From: Verrucomicrobiota bacterium
GTDB taxonomy: Bacteria; Verrucomicrobiota; Verrucomicrobiia; Limisphaerales; JADJPG01
Assembly (NCBI GenBank): GCA_046048995.1
Contig: JBJOEZ010000001.1
Coordinates: 95,479 to 159,478 of the forward strand
Length of the DNA stretch: 64,000 nucleotides
Direction of reading: 5' to 3'
A program made the translations under genes and the position numbers. Positions 30,084 to 39,089 of this stretch are shown one piece after another. The notes under the pieces are model-generated. The model did no database searches. It was not told the origin of the DNA and was given only the letters and a program-made list of their open reading frames with translations. How positions within the stretch are numbered: the first letter of the stretch is position 1; each line of letters starts with the position of its first letter.

Positions 30084-30590
30084 ATGGCATCCCCGGTCCC
30101 CCCCGCGCAACACTGGCTGGTCAAATCGGAACCCGAGGCCTACGCCTGGGCCACCCTGGTCCGCGAGGGCCGCACGGCCTGGACGGGCGTGCGCAACTTC
30201 CAGGCCCGGGCCAACCTGCGGGCCATGCGGCGCGGCGACCTCGTCGCCTTTTACCATAGCGTCACGGACAAGCAGGTCGTCGGGGTGGCCCGCGTGGAGC
30301 GCGAGGCCTACCCGGATCCCACGGCGGAGGAGGGGGAGTGGTCCTGCGTCGACCTGGCCCCGGTGGAGGCCCTGGCCGCGCCGGTGTCGCTGGAGGCCAT
30401 CAAGGGCGACCCTGTGCTGGCGGGGATGGCGCTGGTGCGGCAAAGCAGGTTGTCGGTCACGCCCCTGAGCGCGGCCGAATATGCGCGGTTGCTGGATCTC
30501 GGCCGGGCCCCGGCCGGCGCCCGGGCGTCCGCGGCAAAGAAAGCGGGCCACCGGTCGGCCGGTGGCCCGGGAAAGCGTCAGGGCGCCTAG
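30084..30590 (+). CDS. EVE domain protein
   Basis: HWLVKSEP, WTGVRNFQAR, FYHS, YPDPT, RLSVTP. Confidence 0.92.
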   Translation: MASPVPPAQHWLVKSEPEAYAWATLVREGRTAWTGVRNFQARANLRAMRRGDLVAFYHSVTDKQVVGVARVEREAYPDPTAEEGEWSCVDLAPVEALAAPVSLEAIKGDPVLAGMALVRQSRLSVTPLSAAEYARLLDLGRAPAGARASAAKKAGHRSAGGPGKRQGA

Positions 30591-30594
30591 GCGC

Positions 30595-30705
30595 TCAGGA
30601 CTTGCCGCGCTTGGCGGCCTTCTTGACCTTGACGGCGGCCTGCTTCCGCTTGAGGTAACGGTTGCGGCGGTTGCGCTTTACGACTTTGTTGTACTGTTTT
30701 CCCAT
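30595..30705 (-). CDS. Small highly basic protein (36 aa), below the ORF-track cutoff
   Basis: Manual translation MGKQYNKVVKRNRRNRYLKRKQAAVKVKKAAKRGKS*; host-like codons; fills the gap between EVE and the next gene without overlap. Confidence 0.7.
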   Translation of the reverse strand: MGKQYNKVVKRNRRNRYLKRKQAAVKVKKAAKRGKS

Positions 30706-30752
30706 AAGGCTCTTTACAATGCCGAGGTGTTTCGGATGCTTGGCGGCGAAAT

Positions 30753-31295
30753 ATGAAGACGGGCTGGGGCCGCATCAACACCTATTTCCTGCTGGCGGTC
30801 GCGTTGCTTGCCGCCGTCGTGGCCGGAGGGGCCGGCTGCTCGGCGGCCCAGAAGGAGCGGCGGCAGCGGAAGTTTGAGCAATCTTCCATCCGCCTGCACC
30901 TGCAGGCCAACCCCGATCCCGGCGGCGCCACCACCAACGCCCTGGTCGGGCGCGCCACGCCCTTCGAGGTCGCCATCCAGCGCAACGCCTTCCTCACCGA
31001 ATTCCAGCTCGACCGCGCCGATCTCTCCGACACCGTCGGCGGCTTTGTCATCGGCCTCCAGTTCACCCCCGAGGGCGCCATCACCCTCGAGCAATACACC
31101 ACCGCCTATCGCGGCCGGCAGATCGTCATCGGGGCCGAGTTCGGGCCCGTCCGCTGGCTGGCCGCCCCGGTCATCCGCCAGCGCATCACCGACGGCCGGC
31201 TCGTCTTCACCCCGGACACCACCCGCGAGGAGGCCGAGCGCATCGTGCGCGGCCTCAACCGGGTGGCCGAGTTGGTCCGCAAGGGACGCAAGTAG
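30753..31295 (+). CDS. Lipoprotein with SecD/SecF P1-head-like domain
   Basis: Lipobox-like GAGC; IGLQFTPEGAITLEQYT..YRGRQIVI...AAPVIRQRITDGRL. Confidence 0.7.
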   Translation: MKTGWGRINTYFLLAVALLAAVVAGGAGCSAAQKERRQRKFEQSSIRLHLQANPDPGGATTNALVGRATPFEVAIQRNAFLTEFQLDRADLSDTVGGFVIGLQFTPEGAITLEQYTTAYRGRQIVIGAEFGPVRWLAAPVIRQRITDGRLVFTPDTTREEAERIVRGLNRVAELVRKGRK

Positions 31296-31310
31296 TTACG
31301 CCATTCCCCC

Positions 31311-32387
31311 GTGCCCATGACGTGCCCAAGCCTGGAAGTCCGTGCCCGCCCGGCCCGAATGGCCCGCACCGCCCTGCTGGCCGTGGGTTTGCCGTTGCTG
31401 TTGCTTCTCCTGCCCGGCGTCTTGGCGGCCCAGCCGTTCGTGTTGCCCACCCCGAACCAGGCCGTCCTGGAGGCCGGGGGGGAGGAACGCTATTTCGTCG
31501 GCACGGTGGGCAAACCCTGGCGCAGCGGGACCTTCGGGTGCGTGCGCACCGACGGGCGCCAGATGCACGAGGGCCTGGACATCCGGGCCACCCGGCGGGA
31601 CGCCCGCGGGGAGCCGCTCGACCCCATCCGGGCCACCGCCGCCGGCACGGTGGCCTATGTCAGCCGTCGCCCCTCCCTCTCGAACTACGGCAATTACCTG
31701 GTGCTGCGGCATGTCATCGAGGGCGTGGAAATCCACTCGCTCTACGCGCACCTCTCAAAGATCCGGGCCGACCTCGCCCCCGGCGTGGCCGTGCGGGCCG
31801 GCGAGGAAATCGCCACCATGGGCCGGACCAGCAACACGCGGGAGCGCATCTCCACCGAGCGCGCCCACCTGCATTTCGAACTGAACCTGGTGCTGAGCGA
31901 CCGGTTCATCCCCTGGTACCAGAAGACTTTTCCCGGCCAGCGCAATGACCACGGCTCCTGGAATGGACAGAACCTGTCGGGGCTGGACCCCTGGCGGGTG
32001 TTCCAGGCCCAGCAACAGGCCGGGGCCCGCTTCAGCCTGGTGGACTTCATCCGGCGCCAGGACGAGCTGTGCCGCGTGTTCGTGCGGGCCCCCCAGCTGG
32101 CCTGGGCCCGGCGCTTTCCCATGCTGGTGAAGCCCAACCCTGCCGCGCAGAAAGAGGGAATCGCCGGCTATGAACTGGCCCTCAATTTCAATGGGTTGCC
32201 CTTTGAAGTCATCCCCCGCGCCGCCTCCGAGGTGAAGGCCTCCGCCAAGTCGAAATACGTCCTCCTCTCGGTCCAGGCCGAGGAACAGCAGGAATGCCCG
32301 TGCCGCCGCCTCGTCACGCGCGACAAGTCCGGACGCTGGCAACTGGCCGACGCCGGCCTGCACCTGCTGGGCCTGCTGTCGCACTGA
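31311..32387 (+). CDS. M23 family metallopeptidase (exported; start may be ATG 31317 or 31359)
   Basis: HEGLD, YGNYLVLRH, SLYAHL, AHLHFE zinc motifs. Confidence 0.88.
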   Translation: MPMTCPSLEVRARPARMARTALLAVGLPLLLLLLPGVLAAQPFVLPTPNQAVLEAGGEERYFVGTVGKPWRSGTFGCVRTDGRQMHEGLDIRATRRDARGEPLDPIRATAAGTVAYVSRRPSLSNYGNYLVLRHVIEGVEIHSLYAHLSKIRADLAPGVAVRAGEEIATMGRTSNTRERISTERAHLHFELNLVLSDRFIPWYQKTFPGQRNDHGSWNGQNLSGLDPWRVFQAQQQAGARFSLVDFIRRQDELCRVFVRAPQLAWARRFPMLVKPNPAAQKEGIAGYELALNFNGLPFEVIPRAASEVKASAKSKYVLLSVQAEEQQECPCRRLVTRDKSGRWQLADAGLHLLGLLSH

Positions 32388-32402
32388 GCAGCCCGCCCGT
32401 GC

Positions 32403-33806
32403 CTACTGCCCGCCGCCGGCGTAGTAGGCGTCCACCTTGGCGGCCACGTCCTTGTAGCCGATGTCCACCTCGTAGATCTGCTTGAACTGCTCGATGGCCT
32501 CCTCGGCCTTGCCCATCTTCTCCAGCAGCAAGCCCAGCGTGTAGATCATCTCCTTCTTCTCGTCATCGAACGACGGCTTCTCCTTGAGGGCCTCCTGCAG
32601 CCGCCGGGCGGCCATGTCGTTCATGCCCTTGGCGGCCAGGCACTGGGCCATGCCGGTCATGGCCTGCAGCCGGCGCTGGGGGTTGGCCTGCGCCTTCTGG
32701 AACTCGGCCATGGCCTCGTTGTATTTGCCGGCCGTCAGGTAGAGCTGGGCCAGGTCGAACTTGATCTGGAGGTCGGTCGGGTAACGCTCGGCCCGCCGGC
32801 GGGTTTCCTCGAGCTGGAAGATGGCCTTCTCCTGGCGCAGCGCCTCCGCCTGCGCGGCCTGGTCCGGCTGGGTCACGTCGAGTTGGCCGATCTGCTGGTC
32901 AATGCGCTTGAGCTGGGTGTCCGTGATCGCCTTTTCCAGGGACGGATCCGCCCCGCCCTCGCTGGCCCGGATCCGCTCATAGTATTCGATGGCCTTGGCG
33001 TAGTCCTTTTTCTGGGTGTGGAGCTCGGCGATGCTGCGCAGGGCCTTGAGATTCCGGGGGTCGGCGGCCGCCTGGGCCTCGTATTCGGCAATGAGTTGCT
33101 CGGTGCGGTCCTCGCTGCGGATGGTGCGGTTCTGCTGCTCGAGCAGGGCGGCCTCCTCCTTGTTCTTCAGGATGTCCCGGTAGCTGCCGGTGCCGCTGGC
33201 CAGCGCCTCATAGCCGCCCTCATGCAGGGTGCGCCGCGCCGACAGGTTCTTTGCGGCGGCGGCAATCTCGGGGCGATGCGGATGGGCCCGCTGCAGGTCG
33301 TTGTAAACCTGCTCGGCTTTCACGATGTTCCCTGCCTGCGTCAGGGCCTCCCCGTAGGCCATGGTCAGCGCGTAATCCCGGGGCGCATTCTTGAGCAGGA
33401 TCTCGTAGGCAAAGCACGCGGTCTTCGGGAAATCCGCCTCCAGGGCGCATTCCGCCAGGATTTTCTGGGCCGACGCGTTGCTGGGGTCGCTGTCCAGCAC
33501 CTGTTCGGCAATCTGCATGGCCTCAATGGGGTTCCGCCCCTTGGCCAGCTGGGCCTTGGCCAGCAATGGCTGGGCACTGGCCCCGCCCACGATTTTCTTG
33601 AAGAATCCGCCCCCCCCGCCGCCGCTTTTCTTGAACTGCGTCACGCGCAGCGCCTGGCGGGCTTCCAGGAAGCCCGGCTCCCGGGACAGCACCTGGGTGA
33701 AGAAGGTGCACGCATACTCAAAGTTCTGCTTCTGCAGGGCCTCCTTCCCGCGCTGGAAAAGGTCACGCACGTCGCGCGGAATATCCGTGAGCGATTTGTC
33801 AGGCAT
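32403..33806 (-). CDS. Tetratricopeptide repeat protein
   Basis: Repeated TPR helices; C-terminal [33 protein letters not shown]. Confidence 0.85.
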   Translation of the reverse strand: MPDKSLTDIPRDVRDLFQRGKEALQKQNFEYACTFFTQVLSREPGFLEARQALRVTQFKKSGGGGGGFFKKIVGGASAQPLLAKAQLAKGRNPIEAMQIAEQVLDSDPSNASAQKILAECALEADFPKTACFAYEILLKNAPRDYALTMAYGEALTQAGNIVKAEQVYNDLQRAHPHRPEIAAAAKNLSARRTLHEGGYEALASGTGSYRDILKNKEEAALLEQQNRTIRSEDRTEQLIAEYEAQAAADPRNLKALRSIAELHTQKKDYAKAIEYYERIRASEGGADPSLEKAITDTQLKRIDQQIGQLDVTQPDQAAQAEALRQEKAIFQLEETRRRAERYPTDLQIKFDLAQLYLTAGKYNEAMAEFQKAQANPQRRLQAMTGMAQCLAAKGMNDMAARRLQEALKEKPSFDDEKKEMIYTLGLLLEKMGKAEEAIEQFKQIYEVDIGYKDVAAKVDAYYAGGGQ

Positions 33807-33957
33807 GGGGAAAAGGTATCAGTGCGACCGGCCGGAGTGCCACTCGAAATCCCCATGACGGCCGTCCCCGGGCATCCCCGGGACGCGCCCGGTCCCGCCG
33901 CCGGGTGGCCTGCGGCCTGCGTCGACTTCCGGCCGGTTTCGGTCCAAGCTGGCAGCC

Positions 33958-35112
33958 GTGCGGACGAGATACCTCGATTACAATGCCACCACGCCGCTGG
34001 ACCCCGGGGTCCGGGAGGCCATGCTGCCCCACCTCGGCGAGGTCTGGGGCAACCCCTCCAGCGTCCACCAGGTCGGCCGCCGGGCCCGGGCCCTGCTCGA
34101 CGACGCCCGCGACCGACTGGCCCGCCTGTGGCGCGCCAAGCCCAGCGAGATCGTGTTCACCAGTGGCGGCACGGAAGCCAACAACCTCGCCGTCCTGGGC
34201 GCCGCCCGCCTGCGCCGCAACCGGGGCCGCCACCTCGTCACCTCCGCCATCGAGCATCATGCCGTCCTGCATTGCTTCGATTACCTGGAACGCAGGGAAG
34301 GCTTTGAGGTCACCCGCCTGCCGGTCAACCGGGACGGTGTCGTCGCGGTCGATGACCTCGCCCGCGCCCTCCGCCCGGATACCGTCCTCGTCAGCGTCAT
34401 GGCCGCCAACAATGAGACCGGGTCCATCCAGCCGGTCGCCGAGATCGGCTCCCTCTGCCGGGAGCGGGGGGTGTTGTTCCACACGGACGCCGTCCAGTGG
34501 TTCGGCAAGGAACCCCTGGCCGGCCTCGACTCCTTCCATGCCGACCTGATCGCCTGTTGCGCCCACAAGTTCCATGGCCCCAAGGGGGCCGGCGCCCTTT
34601 ACGTCCGGTCACCCCTCCAGCCCGACCCCATCCTCTTCGGCGGCGCCCACGAGAATGAGCGCCGCGCCGGCACGGAAAACCTGGCCGCCGTCATCGGACT
34701 GGTCGAGGCCGCGGAACGGTTCCTGCCCACCCCGGTCTTCGCCAGGGAGCACCTGGCGCCGCTGGCCGGGCGCCTGGTTCACCTGGCCGACCGCTTGGCC
34801 GACCGCGGCGTGGTGCTGCGCTCGCCCCGCGAACCTGGTCGCCGCCTGGCCAACACGGTGGCCTTCACCGTGCGGGGCGCCGACAGCATGACCCTCCTCG
34901 CCGGGCTCGACCTGGAGGGCATTTGCGCGTCCAGCGGGTCGGCCTGCTCGGCCGGTTCGCTCGAGCCCTCCCACGTCATGCGGGCCATGGGCGCCGGACC
35001 TGAGGAAGCCAGCGGGCTCATCCGGTTTTCCCTCGGCCGGGAAACCACGGAGGATGACGTCGCTGCGGTGGAACTCGTTCTGCCGCAGGTAATTGAGCGG
35101 GCGCAGGCCTAG
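33958..35112 (+). CDS. iscS: Cysteine desulfurase (IscS/NifS class)
   Basis: YLDYNATTP, FTSGGTEANN, HTDAVQ, AHKFHGPKG, SSGSACS. Confidence 0.92.
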   Translation: MRTRYLDYNATTPLDPGVREAMLPHLGEVWGNPSSVHQVGRRARALLDDARDRLARLWRAKPSEIVFTSGGTEANNLAVLGAARLRRNRGRHLVTSAIEHHAVLHCFDYLERREGFEVTRLPVNRDGVVAVDDLARALRPDTVLVSVMAANNETGSIQPVAEIGSLCRERGVLFHTDAVQWFGKEPLAGLDSFHADLIACCAHKFHGPKGAGALYVRSPLQPDPILFGGAHENERRAGTENLAAVIGLVEAAERFLPTPVFAREHLAPLAGRLVHLADRLADRGVVLRSPREPGRRLANTVAFTVRGADSMTLLAGLDLEGICASSGSACSAGSLEPSHVMRAMGAGPEEASGLIRFSLGRETTEDDVAAVELVLPQVIERAQA

Positions 35113-35198
35113 CATCGCCGCCCGGTCACCCCCACCCGCAGCCCGGCGACGGCAAGGATTTCTCGTGGCAAGGCCCCCCTGCCTGCTAGGCTGGCCCC

Positions 35199-35708
35199 AT
35201 GCGCACGGTGATTTATCCCGGCAGTTTTGACCCGCTGACGCATGGGCACCTCGATTTGGTCCAGCGCGCCGCCCGGCTCTTTGACCAGGTCATCGTCGCG
35301 GTGGCGGAGAACGAGGCCAAGAGCCCGCTCTTCACCCCCCAGGAACGGGTTGCATTCGTCCAGCAGGCCACCCGGGATCTCCCCAACGTGCACGTGGAAT
35401 CCTTCTCCGGCCTGCTGGTCGACTACGTCGAACGGCGCGGCGGCCAGGCCGTCATCCGGGGGCTGCGCGCCGTCTCGGACTTCGAGTTCGAGTTCCAGAT
35501 GGCCCTCATGAACCGCAAGCTCAACGAGCGCGTGGAAACCATCTTCATGATGCCCAAGGAGACCTACACCTTCCTCAGCTCCCGTCTGGTCAAGGAAATC
35601 GCCCGCCTGGGCGGCCAGGTCGATCCCTTCGTCCCGGCCGGCGTGGCCGCCGCGCTCCGCCGCAAGTTTGCCGCGAACGTTCCCCCGCCGGGCCCGGTCC
35701 AAGGCTGA
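35199..35708 (+). CDS. coaD: Pantetheine-phosphate adenylyltransferase
   Basis: YPGSFDPLTHGH, IRGLRAVSDFEFE, LSSRLVKEIA. Confidence 0.97.
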   Translation: MRTVIYPGSFDPLTHGHLDLVQRAARLFDQVIVAVAENEAKSPLFTPQERVAFVQQATRDLPNVHVESFSGLLVDYVERRGGQAVIRGLRAVSDFEFEFQMALMNRKLNERVETIFMMPKETYTFLSSRLVKEIARLGGQVDPFVPAGVAAALRRKFAANVPPPGPVQG

Positions 35709-35715
35709 ACCGACC

Positions 35716-36198
35716 ATGTCCCTCCTCGTCAACCTCCGGCACCTCGAGTCCAAGAACCTCCACCTCCGGGGGGAGGCTCCCGCCGCCGCCCTCGACCTGG
35801 AGCTCGGCGACGAATTGGTCCGGGTCAGCCAACCCGTCCGCTATGACCTCGAGGTGCAACGGCTGGACTCGGCCCTGCTGGTCCAGGGACGGGTGGAGGG
35901 CGTGTTCGATTGCGAGTGTGTCCGCTGCCTGAAACCCTTCCGGCAACCCCTCCGGCTGGACCCGTGGGCCTGCCACGTGGCCCTGGAAGGGGAGGAACAG
36001 GCGGTCGTGGCCAATGATTGCGTGGACTTGACGCCCTATTTGCGGGAAGATATTGTCCTCGCCTTTCCGCAGCATCCGCTGTGCAAGCCCGACTGTCGCG
36101 GGCTGGGCCCGCCCCCGGGAAAACAACCGGCCGGGATGGAACCGAAGCCGGACCCGGCAACGTCGCCGTGGACCGCGTTGGACAAACTGAAACTGTAA
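35716..36198 (+). CDS. yceD: YceD/DUF177 family protein
   Basis: CVRCL, LREDIVLAFP..PLCKPDCRGL, SPWTALDKLK; upstream of rpmF. Confidence 0.9.
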   Translation: MSLLVNLRHLESKNLHLRGEAPAAALDLELGDELVRVSQPVRYDLEVQRLDSALLVQGRVEGVFDCECVRCLKPFRQPLRLDPWACHVALEGEEQAVVANDCVDLTPYLREDIVLAFPQHPLCKPDCRGLGPPPGKQPAGMEPKPDPATSPWTALDKLKL

Positions 36199-36210
36199 AC
36201 AAACCAATTT

Positions 36211-36399
36211 ATGGGCGTTCCCAAGCGTAAACCCTCGACCAGCCGCCAGCGCATGCGCCGGGCCTACAACAGCGTCCTCAAGCTCCCCCAGCTGGGCACC
36301 TGCCCCCAGTGCGCGGCCCCCGCCATCCCCCACCGCGTGTGCCCCTCCTGCGGGTTCTACAAGGGACGCCAAATCCTGACCGTCACCGCCGGAGCCTGA
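36211..36399 (+). CDS. rpmF: 50S ribosomal protein L32 (zinc-ribbon form)
   Basis: MGVPKRK, CPQC...HRVCPSCGFYKG. Confidence 0.97.
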   Translation: MGVPKRKPSTSRQRMRRAYNSVLKLPQLGTCPQCAAPAIPHRVCPSCGFYKGRQILTVTAGA

Positions 36400-36451
36400 G
36401 TTTTCCGAGGGAGCGCGGCCGTGGTGGACACGGAACGCGCTCTTTCCCTGT

Positions 36452-37498
36452 ATGCGCATCGCGGTCGATGTCATGGGTGGCGACCACGGCAGCGCGGTCG
36501 TCCTGGAAGGCATCCGACAGGCTCTCGCGGCCTACCCCCAGATCACGGAGCTCCACGCCGTCGGCCTGCAGCCCGAAATCGAGGCCGGCCTCGAGCGACT
36601 GGGCTGCCGCGATCCCCGCCTCCGCATCGTCCACGCCTCCGAGGTCATCACCATGGAGGACAAGCCGCTGGACGCCGTCCGGCGCAAAAAGGACTGTTCC
36701 ATGGTCCGCGCCATGGAACTGGTCCGCAACGGCCTGGCCCAAGCCGTCATCTCCCCCGGCAACACCGGCGCGCTCGTCGCGTCCGCCACCCTCCGCCTCC
36801 GCCGCCTCGAGGGCATCGACCGCCCGGCCATCGCCACCGTCATCCCCGCCCGCCAGGGCCAGTTCCTCCTCCTGGACGCCGGCGCCAACCCCGAGTGCAA
36901 GCCCCTCCACTTTGTCCAGTTTGCCATCATGGGCCAGCTCTACTCGCGCGCGGTGCTCGGCCGGGCCAACCCCCGCGTCGGCATCCTCTGCAACGGCACC
37001 GAGGAGACCAAGGGCACCGACCTCACCCGCGAGTCCGCCCGGCTCTGCGCCCAGCTCGGGCTCAACTTCGCCGGCTATGTCGAGGGATCTGACATCTTCG
37101 CGGGCCGCGTCGATGTCGTGGTCACGGACGGCTTCACCGGCAACATCGTCCTCAAGTCCATCGAGGGGCTTGGCAAGGCCATGCTCGGCATGTTGAAGGA
37201 GGAACTGACCGCCACGCCGCTGCGCAAGCTCGGCGCGCTGCTGGCCCGGGGCGGTTTCCAGTCCATCAAGCGCCGCATGGACCCCGAGGCTTACGGCGGC
37301 GCGCCCCTGCTCGGCCTCAACGGGACGGTCATCAAGGCCCATGGTTCCGCCCGCGAGACCGCCTTCCGCAACGCCATCCGCGTCGCCACCGAGACCATCC
37401 ACCACCAGATCAACGAGGCCATCGTTCGCGACACCGCCGCCGCCGCCGAGCGCCTGCGCCAAGCCGCCCCCCCCGCGGATGCCCCCGCCCTTGCATGA
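36452..37498 (+). CDS. plsX: Phosphate acyltransferase PlsX
   Basis: IAVDVMGGDH, SPGNTGA, LLDAGAN, TDGFTGNI, GGAPLLGL..KAHG. Confidence 0.96.
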   Translation: MRIAVDVMGGDHGSAVVLEGIRQALAAYPQITELHAVGLQPEIEAGLERLGCRDPRLRIVHASEVITMEDKPLDAVRRKKDCSMVRAMELVRNGLAQAVISPGNTGALVASATLRLRRLEGIDRPAIATVIPARQGQFLLLDAGANPECKPLHFVQFAIMGQLYSRAVLGRANPRVGILCNGTEETKGTDLTRESARLCAQLGLNFAGYVEGSDIFAGRVDVVVTDGFTGNIVLKSIEGLGKAMLGMLKEELTATPLRKLGALLARGGFQSIKRRMDPEAYGGAPLLGLNGTVIKAHGSARETAFRNAIRVATETIHHQINEAIVRDTAAAAERLRQAAPPADAPALA

Positions 37499-38526
37499 GC
37501 ACGACCCGGACCTTCAAGAACCCCCGCGCCGCCCACGGTTTCCAAGGCCGCTCCTGCTCCATCACCGCCGTCGGTTCCTACGTCCCCGAGAAGGTCCTCA
37601 CCAATGCCGACCTGGAAAAGCTGGTCGATACCACGGACGACTGGATCACGACCCGCACCGGCATCAAGGAACGCCGCATCGCCGCCGAGGGTGAGTTCAC
37701 CTCGGACATGGCCGCCCAGGCCGCCCAGCGCGCCATGGACAAGGCCGGCATCACGGCCGACCAGATCGACCTCATCATCGTCGCCACCATCACGCCGGAC
37801 ATGCCCTTCCCGGCGACCGCCTGCCTCGTCCAGGCCAAGCTGGGCGCCCGCCGCGCCGCCGCCTTCGACATCGAGGCCGCCTGTTCCGGGTTCCTTTACG
37901 CCCTCGAAATCGGCCAGCAGTTCATCATGTCCCGCATGTACGAGACCGTCCTGGTCATCGGGGCGGAACGACTCTCGTCCATCGTGAACTGGAAGGATCG
38001 CAACACCTGCGTGCTCTTCGGCGATGGCGCCGGGGCCGCCATCCTCCAGCACCGGCCCGCCGCCCACGGCCTGCTCACGGCCTGCATGGGCGCCGACGGC
38101 GACAAGGGCATGCTCCTGTGCATGCCCGGCGGCGGCAGCCGCGTCCCCGCCACCCCCGACTCCGTGTCCGCCGGCCTCCACTACCTCCAGATGGATGGCA
38201 AGGAAACCTTCAAGAACGCCGTCACCGCCATGCAGACGGCCGCCCAGGAGGCCCTCCGGCGCTGCGAGCTGGACATCTCCCAAATCAAGCTGGTCATCCC
38301 CCACCAGGCCAACCGTCGCATCATCGACGCCGTCACCGACCGGCTCGGGGTCCGGCCGGAACAGGTCTTCGTCAACCTCGAGCGCTACGGCAACACCTCC
38401 GCCGCCTCCGTCGCCATCGCCCTCGACGAGGCTGTCTCCCAGGGCCGCCTCCAGCGCGGCGACCTCGTCCTCCTCGTCGTGTTCGGCGCCGGCCTCACCT
38501 GGGCCGCCGCCGTCATCGAATGGTGA
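37495..38526 (+). CDS. fabH: 3-oxoacyl-ACP synthase III
   Basis: AACSGF, FGDGAGA, PHQAN, YGNTSAAS, GAGLTW. Confidence 0.96.
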   Translation: MSTTRTFKNPRAAHGFQGRSCSITAVGSYVPEKVLTNADLEKLVDTTDDWITTRTGIKERRIAAEGEFTSDMAAQAAQRAMDKAGITADQIDLIIVATITPDMPFPATACLVQAKLGARRAAAFDIEAACSGFLYALEIGQQFIMSRMYETVLVIGAERLSSIVNWKDRNTCVLFGDGAGAAILQHRPAAHGLLTACMGADGDKGMLLCMPGGGSRVPATPDSVSAGLHYLQMDGKETFKNAVTAMQTAAQEALRRCELDISQIKLVIPHQANRRIIDAVTDRLGVRPEQVFVNLERYGNTSAASVAIALDEAVSQGRLQRGDLVLLVVFGAGLTWAAAVIEW

Positions 38527-38647
38527 TGCCGGCTCCCGGCTGCCCACCCCGCGGCAAAAAGAGCTTAAAAGTTTTACTGGAACTCCGATTGACCCCCGGC
38601 CGCGGTGTGATAACGTGTTCGCGGTCCGTCCGTATACATACAATCCC

Positions 38648-39004
38648 ATGAGCGCCCGCAAGATTTCCTCCCAGGACCTGGTCCCCTCCGTCTCCGTCCG
38701 CGCCAGCACCACCCAGTTGGAGCTGTCCTCCGCCGCCGTGCGCGTGCGCAAGAACGGCATCGAGTTCCGCAGCCAGAACGCCATCCCGGTCTGGACCGAG
38801 ATGACCGTGGCCATGCAGGTTCCGCAGGTGGAGATGGAGGAGAACCACGGCAAGCTCATCAAGGTGGACAAGAAGGTGACCTTCAACGGGGTGGTCGTCG
38901 CCTGTGACGGCAACCGCCACGCCGGCTACGCCGTTTCGATGCTCTTCACCAACGTGCCCAGGACCTCCCAGGCGCACCTTGACGCGCTGGCGCAGGCCCG
39001 GTGA
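38648..39004 (+). CDS. Hypothetical protein, PilZ-like beta-barrel
   Basis: Host-like codon usage; NGIEFRS...KVTFNGVVVAC...YAVSMLF pattern; own promoter (TTGACC 38589, TG-A-TAACGT 38608-38616) and terminator. Confidence 0.7.
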   Translation: MSARKISSQDLVPSVSVRASTTQLELSSAAVRVRKNGIEFRSQNAIPVWTEMTVAMQVPQVEMEENHGKLIKVDKKVTFNGVVVACDGNRHAGYAVSMLFTNVPRTSQAHLDALAQAR

Positions 39005-39026
39005 CCCCCGGTTTTTCCCCTGTCTG

Positions 39027-39062
39027 AAAAGGCTGCCCCGTCCCGGGCAGCCTTTTTGTTTT
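39027..39062. terminator. Bidirectional rho-independent terminator
   Basis: AAAAGGCTGCCC-loop-GGGCAGCCTTTTT between convergent genes. Confidence 0.85.
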
Positions 39063-39089
39063 GCGCCCGGCCTGGCCGGGGGCCCGCGC

